A stretch of 59,930 nucleotides of DNA, the filler included. It is 9 parts of 9 records of this genome, joined end to end, with 100 filler letters (N's around TTAATTAATTAA, not from the genome) between each part and the next. Parts side by side here need not be neighbours in the genome. Positions count along the whole stretch, not along the records: positions 50,135 to 59,930 come from SRR31156797_40010; 8 more parts are not named here. One strand, given 5' to 3'. The notes under the pieces were generated by a model. It was not told where the DNA came from and did not search any database. It saw only the letters and a program-made list of their open reading frames with translations. Below are positions 50,136-59,930 of the stretch, in pieces. A program made the translations under genes and the position numbers. Each line of letters opens with the position of its first letter. Within the stretch, counting starts at the first letter, position 1.

Positions 50136-52133
50136 GATGAAGAAAGCGCAAGTATTTACCTTAAACAACCAGCTAAAGGTGCAAAAGGTGGATTTGCAGT
50201 AGGTGGGCTTTCAGGTACTAAAGGTACTGAGGACTTTTTGACCATTGAGAGAGATAGTGCCCGTATGTACATTAATGATGCTGCTAAAGGTGCAAAAGGT
50301 GGTTTTGCTGTAGGAGGGTTATCAGGAACTAAAGGTGCTTCGAACTTTTTAGATCTTACACCTGAAAACTACTTCATTGGTCAGGGAGCTGGTGCAAATA
50401 CACAACCCAATGATGCTCCACTTGAAGGAAAATATAATCAGTTTTTTGGATATGAAGCAGGCTTCAATAATATTGTAGGTCTATACAATATTTTATTAGG
50501 GTATCAGGCCGGATATAGCTCTACTGCAGCTAGCTATAATACCATTATGGGTTATCAGGCCGGATATACAAACACCGGAAGTGATAACACTTTTATCGGT
50601 TTTGAAGCAGGGAAGTCTCATACCTTCAAAGGTGGTAACGTATACATTGGAAGTAAAGCAGGCGCACTTGCCACTGAGGGTGAGCAAAACGTATATATTG
50701 GTGAGTCCACCGGGCTTAGCACCACAACAGGAGCAGCCAATGTTTACATAGGTTTTGAATGTGGAAAAGCAAATACTTCAGGAACAAAGAATGTGTTTTT
50801 AGGGTATAAAAGTGGGGTGGCAAATACAGTTGGTTCAAGTAATGTGTTTATTGGTGACAGTGTAGGTGTTTCTAATACTGGAGGTAACCGAAATGTTTTT
50901 ATTGGAAATTATGCAGGACAGGAAAATACATTTGGCTATAGCAATATTTACATAGGATATCAGGCAGGTGCCTTTGAAAATGGAAGTCAAAACTTATTCA
51001 TTGGAAACTACGCAGGTATGAATAATACAACCAGTCAGAACTTGTTCCTGGGAGAGTTTGCAGGTACTAAAAATACAAGTGGAGGTCGGAATACTTTCGT
51101 TGGTTTTTTTGCCGGTAGTGAAAACTTAACAGGTGAACATAATTCCTATTTTGGACAGTTTGCTGGTATGGATAACCTCGGAAGTCGCAATACCATGATT
51201 GGTTATTGGGCCGGTGGTGATAATACTACTGGTGAGCATAATGCATTTTTAGGTTGGAGATCAGGTCAAAATACCGGAACCAATTCATATAATGTCTACC
51301 TGGGTTATAGATCAGGTGAAGGAGCAGGTGGAAGCAATAACGTATATATTGGATATCAAGCTGGATACTATAAAGCCGGTTCTAACCAGCTCGTTATTGG
51401 AAATAGCTCTTCAAGCGAACTTATTTATGGTGAGTTTGATAATCAAATAGTAAATATAAATGGTGATTTTGGTGTAAGTGGTAATTCTGAAGTAACTGGC
51501 GATTTTGGAGTAAGTGGAAATCTAGGAATAAATACCACAAGTCCTGCATATGATCTTGATATTAGTGGGACATCTGCCACAATTTCATTAGGAGGATATA
51601 GATTGGCTAGGTTAACAGGTGGTACAGGACTAGATAATGATGTGATTCCATATGGTGGAAGTTCCTTAGGATATGACCTTGGAAATAATACCACAACAGA
51701 ACATTGGGATGCTGTAGTTGCAGTAACGTATACTACCTATACAAAAAGTGAGCAAATCAAATCAGGACAAAAAATAAATTTGGATATTGATTTATTAAAA
51801 TCAATGGAACCAATTAGCTACCAGGCTGACGAAAGCCAGGGGAATAAGGTGCAGTATGGGTTTACAATTGAATCACTTCAAAAGGTTGCCCCAGCTGCAC
51901 TAGTCATGGAGGATACTGATTTTGATGAAGAAACAAATCAATATATAACCACAAAGTCGGAGAATCCCGGCATAAACTATAATGCATTACTGCCTGTAGT
52001 TGTGAGCTTTATGCAGCAACAGCAGGAAGTAATAGAAACTCAATCGAAAGAGATTAAAAATCACGCTCAAGAAATTGAAGCGTTGAAAAAAGCGAATAAC
52101 GAACTTAGAATATTAATTGAAAGTCTGAAATAA
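50136..52133 (+). CDS. tail-fibre-like repeat protein with C-terminal S74-like chaperone domain (5' truncated)
   Basis: Two 37-aa KGAKGGFAVGGLSGTKG repeats, many ~14-aa NxFIGxxAG repeats, GNLGINT..P, PISY..YGF..GINYNALLP plus coiled coil. Confidence 0.78.
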   Translation, partial: DEESASIYLKQPAKGAKGGFAVGGLSGTKGTEDFLTIERDSARMYINDAAKGAKGGFAVGGLSGTKGASNFLDLTPENYFIGQGAGANTQPNDAPLEGKYNQFFGYEAGFNNIVGLYNILLGYQAGYSSTAASYNTIMGYQAGYTNTGSDNTFIGFEAGKSHTFKGGNVYIGSKAGALATEGEQNVYIGESTGLSTTTGAANVYIGFECGKANTSGTKNVFLGYKSGVANTVGSSNVFIGDSVGVSNTGGNRNVFIGNYAGQENTFGYSNIYIGYQAGAFENGSQNLFIGNYAGMNNTTSQNLFLGEFAGTKNTSGGRNTFVGFFAGSENLTGEHNSYFGQFAGMDNLGSRNTMIGYWAGGDNTTGEHNAFLGWRSGQNTGTNSYNVYLGYRSGEGAGGSNNVYIGYQAGYYKAGSNQLVIGNSSSSELIYGEFDNQIVNINGDFGVSGNSEVTGDFGVSGNLGINTTSPAYDLDISGTSATISLGGYRLARLTGGTGLDNDVIPYGGSSLGYDLGNNTTTEHWDAVVAVTYTTYTKSEQIKSGQKINLDIDLLKSMEPISYQADESQGNKVQYGFTIESLQKVAPAALVMEDTDFDEETNQYITTKSENPGINYNALLPVVVSFMQQQQEVIETQSKEIKNHAQEIEALKKANNELRILIESLK

Positions 52134-52135
52134 TT

Positions 52136-55100
52136 ATGCGTATGAAAAATATTTTAATGATTTTTCTCATGTGTGCTGCACTGACAGTTTACGGCCAAAA
52201 GGGTATCGTAAACAATGGTGCCAGAATTGTTGTAGAAAACGGAGCCTATATTAAAGTACAAGGTGACAATACAACAGGTTACACTAATAAATCGTTTGGG
52301 TCTAAACATGGACGCATCGATTTAGATGGCGAAATTGTTGTGAATGGATTCTTTAACAACAATGCTACAGCCAATTCAGTATTTATCAATCTCGATGGAA
52401 CGGGTACCGTTTCATTTGAAGGTTCTTCAAGTCAAACAATTGGTGGAACTCGTCCAATTACATTTGAAGGTTTGAATCTTGATGGAGATGATATTACACT
52501 TAATACTGACATCAGTTTGAATGGAGCATTGAACTTCAATTCAGGTTTATTAAACTTGAATAGTAACATGCTTAGTTTCGAATCTGGAGCCACAGTGAGT
52601 GGTAGTCCGGGCACTTCCTCTATGATAGTGCCGGGAAATACTGGTATAGTTAGAAAATACTATACTACTACGGGATCATTTACTTATCCAATAGGTGAAA
52701 ATTCCGGAACAGCCGTTTATTTACCGGTAATCTCAAATATTACTACTGGTACATTCGGTGGTGGTGCTTATCTTGATCTGGAAATGTTTGATAGTAAACA
52801 TCCTGAGAATACCAATACGACAGATTATATCAGTCGTTATTGGGATTTAACAGAGAATAATATTACCTCATTCTCTGCAGCGTTATCATTTACTTATGCT
52901 AATGGTGATATCTCAGGTACAGAATCTAATCTATACGCCTTAGGTTATGATGGTCTTTTTTGGGATGTCTATAATGCAGCTACCACTGCAACCAATAAAT
53001 TGACAGCTACAGTTAGTCAGTTTGATCAATTTACAGGTGGTGGATCCGAAGCCGTTTCTCCACAAATCTCTTGGGCTAGCGTTGGTGTGATCGAAGAGAA
53101 TATGGAAAATGGAGCTCAAATTGAGGTAACAGTTGTGAATGATCAGCTTGTGGGTACTTTAACTGCATCACAGTGGACTGTGAGCGGATTGCCGAATGGT
53201 GTTACCGTAGGTAGTGTAACCAGACCCGCTGCTGATGAAGCTTTAATTACATTAAGTGGTAATAGAGATGATGACTATGATTCAGATGTTACACTAACAT
53301 TAAGTGTAAATGCTTCTCAATTTGTGCATACTTCAACAGGAACTTTAGAACCAGATACTGATGTTTTCATTATTGCTGATAATGATGGTGAGACAGTTGT
53401 AATGGATGACGATGGAAGTATTCTTGAAGGTTCGGAAAGTGGCGAGGTTATTCAGGTGACCCTAACTGGTGGTACTTTTGCTCAAACCTTAAATACAGGT
53501 AGTTGGGTTGGAATTAATATGCCAACTGGCGTATCAATAGGAAGTGTGTCAAGAGAGTCTGCAACTCTAGTTGAGTTAACTTTAAGCGGTGATGCTACAG
53601 TCGATTATGATACTGATATTACTAATTTCCAATTAACAGTGCCAGCTGTTGATGTAAATGAGTATTCAGGAAGTGACTTTGTGCTTACTACAGGTGTGAC
53701 TTTTAAAGCCATTGATGAAAGTCTTGTGATTTCAATGACTGACGGTGGATCAGGAATTGATGAGGGAGTTGAGAATGGCCATTTAATTGAGGTTTCAATT
53801 GATGAGCGTGTATTTGCTGACCCATTAACACCAGCCGAATGGGAGCTATTTAATATCCCTGAAGGAGTATCAATTGGATCAGTAGTTAGAGCTTTTGATA
53901 CAGCAGTTCACATTACCTTAAGTGGTAATAGAATAGTTGACTATGATTCAGATATAACAAATACAGAACTTACCATTGCAAGCTCACAGATAACAGGTGT
54001 TTCAAATGATGTGACAGTATCTTCTGGTGTTACTTTTAATGCAGATAACGATCCTGAAAGTATTGCAATTGCTCTGGATGGTGATGGAATTGAAGAGGGT
54101 AGTGAAGATGGCGAAGTTATTACTGCAACACTTACCGGCGGAACATTTGCTGATCCTCCTAACGCAAGCAACTGGACATTAAATAATCTACCACAAGGAG
54201 TTGAAATTGGCAATGTATCTCTAACTGATATTAATGTTGCTGAGATTACCCTTTCTGGCAATAGAGAAGTTGACTTTGATAGTGATATTACCACAGTTGC
54301 TCTTGATGTTGATGAAGCAGAAGTAGATGACTTTTCTTCAACTACACTAGCTTCTGATAATGCAGTAACCATAACAGCAGTTGCTGATAATGAAACAATT
54401 GTATTGTCAGGTGGTCCATTTACTGAAGGAAGTGAAGATGGCGGAATTATTACTGCTACACTTGATGGTGGTACGTTTACCACTGTAACCCTAGGTGATG
54501 TTGATCTCACGAATTTACCTTCTGGTGTTACACTCGGAAGTTTAGTTCAGAATTCTGAAACGGAATTAGAACTCACATTATTAGGTAATGCGACTGATGA
54601 TTATGATGCTGATATTACAAATACTACACTAACTGTAGATGCATCTGTAGTTGATGAAACCAGTTCGGATGTATCCGGAACAGGTGTAACATTCCAGGCT
54701 ATTGTTGAAACTGTTGAATTAGTATTGTCTGATAATGGAGATTTATTCGAAAGTGAAGAAGATGGAAAAGAATTAACCATTGTTGTTCGTGAGGATATAT
54801 ATACTTCTTCGATTGATCCAGCAGGTTTCGTATTGAGCGGATTACCAGGTGGCGTTTCTGTGGGTAGCGTAGTTCGTACAGATGATACAACTGTTACCGT
54901 AACCTTGTCTGGAAACAGGACTACTGATTATGATAGCGATATATTAGATGCCGGTGTTGAAGTGGCAGCAGCTGAGTTGCAAGAATCAACTGATCCATTA
55001 TCAGCTTATTCTGGATGGCAATTTATTGCTACCGATGATGGTGAGTTTGTAAGTTTCTCAACAACTGCAACTATAACTGAAGGAGCAGAAGATGGAACTG

Positions 55101-56902
55101 AAATTGATATAACAGTTTCAGGTGGTACGCTTGCTGAATCTATTGAACCTGCTGGTTGGACATTTACCGGATTACCTGGTGGTGTATCTGTTGGTTTAAT
55201 TGATCGAATTGATGAGCTTAATGCTACTATTACACTTGTTGGAAATGCTTCAGCTGATTATGACGACGATATTATCGTTGAAGAATTAATAGTTGCCGGG
55301 TCTCAAATTGATGATTTCGATGGTGCAAGTATAACTGGTACTGGATCAATTACATTTGAGGCTGTAGTGGAGTCACAAGATCTTGAATTAACTTCATTAA
55401 CAGCATTGGATGAAACAAACCTTGATGGAGCTCAATTAAGTGTGAAATTAGTTGGAGCAACCTTTGCTTCACCACTTGAAATTGGGGATTTAACTATAAA
55501 TAACCATCCTGCCGGACTATCAATGGCTAATGTTACAGAGGTTTCTGCTGATTCAGCAGTTATTGATTTAGCATTTGATGGATCTGATTTTGATGTAGAT
55601 TATCCAAACTTTAATGTGACATTATTAGCATCAGGAAGTAGTTTAGGACTTGCTGTAAATTCAAATGTAACATACATAACTGCAATAGTAGAACCAGGTA
55701 GTATGGAAATTAGTCATGCCGGACTTACAGAAGATAACCTAAACGGAGCAGTGGTTGATGTTACATTAATTGATGATGAGTTTGCTGATGCAACACTTGA
55801 GCTGACAAATTTCTACATGCAAAATGCACCTATGGGTGCCGTTATAGCAAGTGTTTCTTACTTAACACCTACAACTGCAACTTTTGAAATAGCTTTTGAT
55901 GGAACTGATTTTGATACGGATGTAACGAATATGATGCTTGGAATGGCTGCATCTGAAGCCTTATCGGGTAATCCTTATTTGTCAAATGCTTTAACAATTA
56001 CTGCAACTGACGATGCAGAAGAAATCATGTTTGTTAGTGCTCAAAATGTAATGGAAGGTGATGAAGATGGACAAACATTTACTGTAGAAATTAGTGGAGG
56101 TACTTTTGTTGACCCATTAAGTGCTACAGACTGGACATTCTCATTCTTACCTGATGGCGTTTCAATTGGTACAGTAAACTATGTCAATGAAACAAATGCT
56201 GAAGTAGTTCTCAGTGGTAGTACAAATGTAGATTATGATGCTGATGAAGCTGCTGCCATTACCATAGCGGGTTCTCAATACAATGCTGGATCATCAGATA
56301 TTTCAACTTCTAATAGCTTTATGTTCATGGCTTATGTTGAAATGTTAAATACTATGATGGATACCATACCTGAGTCAGAAATTAATACGGTTAATATTCC
56401 ATTTGTATTAGAAGATGATTATTTGACTAACCTTACACCTGATCTTAGTGATTTTGTATTGCAAAATGCGCCAACCGGTCTTGAAATTGAGAGCGTAAAT
56501 GTAATTGATGAAACGAATTTTGAATTATCACTCAATTATTCCGGATCAGCACTTGAGCAGGATGAAACATTTAGCTTAATGGTTGCAGATAATATACTTC
56601 ACGGATTAGAATCTCTTGTTTCAAATAATATCGTTATTGATGCTGAAGTTGGTATAAGTGGATTGGTTGATGGTATTGAAATGTACATTAGTGGTGAAAA
56701 CCTTATCCTAAAACAAAACGGTACGGTTAATAAAGGTATGATTTACCTATATGAGACGAATGGTAAAGTAGCTGCTGAATACACTGTAGAAGCCAAAACA
56801 GTGAATATTTTCAAACCTATATTGAAAGAAAATGTATATATTATTCAGTTTACCAATGACTATGGAAAACAATATCGATCAAAAGGATTTTTGAATAGAT
56901 AG
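52136..56902 (+). CDS. large acidic repeat surface protein with probable T9SS C-terminal domain
   Basis: Signal peptide, FTYPIG..ISRYWD N-domain, 11 repeats of ~110 aa, C-terminal LYETNGK..VYIIQF. Confidence 0.8.
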   Translation: MRMKNILMIFLMCAALTVYGQKGIVNNGARIVVENGAYIKVQGDNTTGYTNKSFGSKHGRIDLDGEIVVNGFFNNNATANSVFINLDGTGTVSFEGSSSQTIGGTRPITFEGLNLDGDDITLNTDISLNGALNFNSGLLNLNSNMLSFESGATVSGSPGTSSMIVPGNTGIVRKYYTTTGSFTYPIGENSGTAVYLPVISNITTGTFGGGAYLDLEMFDSKHPENTNTTDYISRYWDLTENNITSFSAALSFTYANGDISGTESNLYALGYDGLFWDVYNAATTATNKLTATVSQFDQFTGGGSEAVSPQISWASVGVIEENMENGAQIEVTVVNDQLVGTLTASQWTVSGLPNGVTVGSVTRPAADEALITLSGNRDDDYDSDVTLTLSVNASQFVHTSTGTLEPDTDVFIIADNDGETVVMDDDGSILEGSESGEVIQVTLTGGTFAQTLNTGSWVGINMPTGVSIGSVSRESATLVELTLSGDATVDYDTDITNFQLTVPAVDVNEYSGSDFVLTTGVTFKAIDESLVISMTDGGSGIDEGVENGHLIEVSIDERVFADPLTPAEWELFNIPEGVSIGSVVRAFDTAVHITLSGNRIVDYDSDITNTELTIASSQITGVSNDVTVSSGVTFNADNDPESIAIALDGDGIEEGSEDGEVITATLTGGTFADPPNASNWTLNNLPQGVEIGNVSLTDINVAEITLSGNREVDFDSDITTVALDVDEAEVDDFSSTTLASDNAVTITAVADNETIVLSGGPFTEGSEDGGIITATLDGGTFTTVTLGDVDLTNLPSGVTLGSLVQNSETELELTLLGNATDDYDADITNTTLTVDASVVDETSSDVSGTGVTFQAIVETVELVLSDNGDLFESEEDGKELTIVVREDIYTSSIDPAGFVLSGLPGGVSVGSVVRTDDTTVTVTLSGNRTTDYDSDILDAGVEVAAAELQESTDPLSAYSGWQFIATDDGEFVSFSTTATITEGAEDGTEIDITVSGGTLAESIEPAGWTFTGLPGGVSVGLIDRIDELNATITLVGNASADYDDDIIVEELIVAGSQIDDFDGASITGTGSITFEAVVESQDLELTSLTALDETNLDGAQLSVKLVGATFASPLEIGDLTINNHPAGLSMANVTEVSADSAVIDLAFDGSDFDVDYPNFNVTLLASGSSLGLAVNSNVTYITAIVEPGSMEISHAGLTEDNLNGAVVDVTLIDDEFADATLELTNFYMQNAPMGAVIASVSYLTPTTATFEIAFDGTDFDTDVTNMMLGMAASEALSGNPYLSNALTITATDDAEEIMFVSAQNVMEGDEDGQTFTVEISGGTFVDPLSATDWTFSFLPDGVSIGTVNYVNETNAEVVLSGSTNVDYDADEAAAITIAGSQYNAGSSDISTSNSFMFMAYVEMLNTMMDTIPESEINTVNIPFVLEDDYLTNLTPDLSDFVLQNAPTGLEIESVNVIDETNFELSLNYSGSALEQDETFSLMVADNILHGLESLVSNNIVIDAEVGISGLVDGIEMYISGENLILKQNGTVNKGMIYLYETNGKVAAEYTVEAKTVNIFKPILKENVYIIQFTNDYGKQYRSKGFLNR

Positions 56903-56926
56903 CATAATTAAAATCAGACTTAATTA

Positions 56927-56960
56927 AAAAAAAGAAGGCAATAATTTGCCTTCTTTTTTT
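56927..56960 (+). terminator. intrinsic (bidirectional) terminator
   Basis: AAAAAAAGAAGGCAA-TAAT-TTGCCTTCTTTTTTT. Confidence 0.85.
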
Positions 56961-57251
56961 ATTGGTTGTATTTTTAATAAGTTTATCCGAGATTTGTCTT
57001 TAGGAATTTGTAAAATTTCTAAAGACAATAGGCGTAAGCCTATCGAGGTTAATCCCGGTATAGAAAATCTTACTTTTCGGAGAAGCCGGAAAGTTTAGAT
57101 TTTCTAAATCGAACTGTTTTTAGGTGAAACCTAATGACAGTTTTGGGTTTATTATTAAAGTAATTAAAAAGAATGTTGCCTGTAGCCATAGTTACAACGA
57201 TTTTGTAGTTATGGCCATTGGTTATTGTTTTAATCTTGAAATGTAAATGGA

Positions 57252-59930
57252 ATGAAGCATATACTTGCCATAATATTTCTGATACTATTTTGCAATGTCG
57301 CAAATAGTCAGATAAATCGCTACGGTTATCCATTTTATAGATATTACACCATGGAAGAATATGGTGGTACAGAGCAAAATTGGGCCATCGTAAAAGATAA
57401 CCGCGGCTTATTATATGTAGGTAATAATGACAAAGGTGTTTTACAATATGATGGAAAAAATTGGCGACAAATGCCAGTTGCAAATAATTCTATTGTAAGG
57501 TCTCTAGCTGTTGATGATGACGGTATTGTTTATGTTGGGGCTATTGGAGAATTTGGGCAATTATTACCCGATGAAAAGGGATTTTTGAAATATTATTCCT
57601 TAATGCCAAAGCTTGATTCAGTTTATTATGAGAATGTTGGTGACGTGTGGAAAACTTACACATCCGGCTCCTCAATTCATTTTTGCACAGAAAAGTATAT
57701 TTATACATACCATAAAGATAAAGATTCATTAACTCTGCTTAAGCTTCCAAAATATTCATTCTTTACGCATTTAGTAGATGGTCAATTTTACTCAAGTCAT
57801 TATTATAATCTCCTAAGTAAACATATTGAAGATACAACCTTTGCATTTCTCGATTCTGTAAGGATTAAGCAGTTAAATTTACAACAGTCTAATGCTTTTG
57901 TACTGGATAATCTAAATGATTCATCGGCGCTTTTAGGAACAGTTGCTAAAGGCTTGTTTAAGCTTGATCTCAATAATTTTAAATTAGAAAAGTCTAGTTG
58001 TACAAAAGCCTCTTCATATTTACAAAGAAATCTATTATATCAGGCTGATATAACACCAGATTATAGTGCATTTGCTACATTAAATGGTGGTGTACTTGTT
58101 ACAAAAAAAATGGAACCATTTGAAATTTATGGTGAAAAACAAGGGTTACCTAAAGATGAGCGGGTTGCCTATGTTTATTCAGATAGTAGCATAAACAACT
58201 CACTTTGGGCAGCTTTAAATAATGGTATAATCAGAATTGATTGGCACTTACCATTCAGGGTAATAGATGAACGGAGTGGTTTAAGTGGTCATGTGAGTGA
58301 TATTAAACGATTTAATAACGAACTATATGTAGGTACTAGTTCTGGATTATTTGTATTGAAGTATAACGAAGAAGGACCTGTTTTTGAACAAATCGAGGGT
58401 TTGGAACAACAAGTTTGGAGTCTGTTCATTTATACATATCCTAAAACTGGAAAAGAGGTTCTGTTAGTTGGTACAATAAGAGGTTTATATGAACTTCAAA
58501 AAAATGGTAGATATGAAGAAGTCGAAAGAAGAGTAGAGGGTCTTGGTGAAGGTGAGGAGTACTATGTATATTGCATCGATGTTCCTAATAAAGACAAACT
58601 AGATGAAGTTGTTATTGGTACAAGAAAAGGTGCACGTTTCCTTACCGTGAAAAATCAGAACACATGGGTTGAAAATGAAGTTAGTTTTAACTCAGAAGTT
58701 CGCTCTATCACTTATAGTCAGGGAGGTTACTGGTTTGGGACAACATATAATGGAATTGCTTACAAATCAGATGATGCTGATACCATCAAGTATTATGGTG
58801 AAAAGAATGGTTTAACCACACTTGACCAAAATTTTGTATCACTAGTCAATGACAAAGTGACAAATATTAGTCCTAATGGGGTTTATGTATATAATAAAGA
58901 CTCAGATTCTTTTGTTTTCGATGAAAAAATTGGAAAAGTAGCTAAAGAAACCAACATGGGGGTTTCAAGACTGGTAAAAGACAAAACTTACTTTTACCTG
59001 AATATGTTTAATGAGAATTATCAAAAAATAAGACGAATCAATATCGATGGTAATTACACTATAAAAGACACTGCTCTATTTAATAGATTGCCTAATGTTC
59101 AGTTTGATGTAATTTATCCGGATGGTGATGTAGTTTGGTTTGGCTCTTCAAAAGGACTTTTTGCTTTTATAAAGTCAATGGAGAAGGATGTTCCCGGGAA
59201 GAATATGGTCACCCTAATTCGTTCAGTTTTGATCAACGGTGATTCTGCAATTATTGGAGGAGCCTATAAAAAAGATGGTCGGGTTATTTCTGCTCAGCCT
59301 GAAGAGCAGGAGATTAGATTAAGCTATAGCAATAATGATATAGAATTCAGATTTGCAGCACCTTTCTTCGAAGAAGAAGATAAAATAGTTTATAGTTATA
59401 AACTCGAAGGATATGATGACGATTGGTCGCCTTGGTCCAGTAAAACGGAAGAAGATTATAATAACCTTTCAGCCGGTGATTATGTATTCAAGGTAAGAGC
59501 CAAAAACACTTATGGTTTTGTCAGTGAGGAAAATTCACTCGACTTTTCAGTTGATTTGAATATAAACGTATTCAGCTTTGAAATTTTGCCACCATGGTAT
59601 CTTACAATTTATGCTATCATAGGTTATTTTATTCTATTGGTGTTATTAGTGAGATTTATCGTACAATGGCGCACACGAAAATTAAAGCTGGAGAAGGAAA
59701 GACTAGAGCGTATTGTTGAAGAACGGACTGCTGAAATTCGTGAAAAGAAAAACGAGATTGAGCAACAAAGAGATGAGATTGCTGAAAAGAATCAAAGTAT
59801 TACAGATAGTATCCACTATGCGAGCCGAATACAGCAAGCTTTACTTCCTTCTGAGAAAATGTTTCAAGACAATGTGCCTGAGCATTTTGTGCTATTTAAG
59901 CCAAGAGATATTGTTAGCGGTGATTATTAT
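57252..59930 (+). CDS. beta-propeller/Y_Y_Y sensor with SpoIIE (PP2C) phosphatase domain, runs off the window end
   Basis: Missing from the ORF track; manual translation MKHILAII..QNWAIVKD..YSYKLEGYDDDWS..PPWY, TM, SIHYASRIQQAL, FVLFKPRDIVSGDYY. Confidence 0.9.
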   Translation, partial: MKHILAIIFLILFCNVANSQINRYGYPFYRYYTMEEYGGTEQNWAIVKDNRGLLYVGNNDKGVLQYDGKNWRQMPVANNSIVRSLAVDDDGIVYVGAIGEFGQLLPDEKGFLKYYSLMPKLDSVYYENVGDVWKTYTSGSSIHFCTEKYIYTYHKDKDSLTLLKLPKYSFFTHLVDGQFYSSHYYNLLSKHIEDTTFAFLDSVRIKQLNLQQSNAFVLDNLNDSSALLGTVAKGLFKLDLNNFKLEKSSCTKASSYLQRNLLYQADITPDYSAFATLNGGVLVTKKMEPFEIYGEKQGLPKDERVAYVYSDSSINNSLWAALNNGIIRIDWHLPFRVIDERSGLSGHVSDIKRFNNELYVGTSSGLFVLKYNEEGPVFEQIEGLEQQVWSLFIYTYPKTGKEVLLVGTIRGLYELQKNGRYEEVERRVEGLGEGEEYYVYCIDVPNKDKLDEVVIGTRKGARFLTVKNQNTWVENEVSFNSEVRSITYSQGGYWFGTTYNGIAYKSDDADTIKYYGEKNGLTTLDQNFVSLVNDKVTNISPNGVYVYNKDSDSFVFDEKIGKVAKETNMGVSRLVKDKTYFYLNMFNENYQKIRRINIDGNYTIKDTALFNRLPNVQFDVIYPDGDVVWFGSSKGLFAFIKSMEKDVPGKNMVTLIRSVLINGDSAIIGGAYKKDGRVISAQPEEQEIRLSYSNNDIEFRFAAPFFEEEDKIVYSYKLEGYDDDWSPWSSKTEEDYNNLSAGDYVFKVRAKNTYGFVSEENSLDFSVDLNINVFSFEILPPWYLTIYAIIGYFILLVLLVRFIVQWRTRKLKLEKERLERIVEERTAEIREKKNEIEQQRDEIAEKNQSITDSIHYASRIQQALLPSEKMFQDNVPEHFVLFKPRDIVSGDYY

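Noticed and set aside
50400-51400. About 42-nt periodicity as a CRISPR array or DGR
   Set aside because: Protein-level NxFIGxxAG repeats with synonymous divergence; no constant repeat with spacers and no reverse transcriptase
57070-57729. Minus-strand ORFs 57070-57483 and 57541-57729
   Set aside because: Antisense to the sensor-phosphatase gene starting at 57252

Overview
This window is not one locus. It is nine unrelated contigs joined by 100-bp spacers (N44-TTAATTAATTAA-N44), so synteny only counts within a contig; taxonomic labels below are inferred from gene content and composition. (1) 1-7444: plsX, secDF, znuCB, a glycerate kinase and GTAG-type REP palindromes. (2) 7545-12680: Bacteroidota-like pectin locus (CE8-PL1 fusion with T9SS tail, CE8, CBM35 protein). 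(3) 12781-18607: Desulfobacterota-like phoR, rubrerythrin, ugd, radical SAM and PHP genes, with 11-bp-phased Pho-box-like repeats before the last two. (4) 18708-24047: Bacteroidota housekeeping genes (dxs, kinase, yceD, rpmF, fabH, bactofilin, atpZ/I). (5) 24148-30500: Arcobacter-like flagellar genes with two tandem flgE paralogs. (6) 30601-37881: TetR-MMPL-LolA-like-DUF1302 operon plus a low-GC accessory patch. (7) 37982-44438: TonB2/Ttp-type operon with AraC and a divergent DtxR-family regulator. (8) 44539-50034: PLP decarboxylase, a candidate structured small RNA, a coupled small+large serine recombinase pair and a probable restriction-modification gene. (9) 50135-59930: tail-fibre/S74-like protein, an 11-repeat T9SS surface protein and a propeller/Y_Y_Y/SpoIIE sensor. 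Best leads: the putative Pho-regulated lipid-remodelling cluster with an orphan radical SAM enzyme, the dual-recombinase island with its candidate RNA, and an acidic motif shared by the MMPL and DUF1302 proteins. All family calls are from motif recognition by eye; no searches were run.
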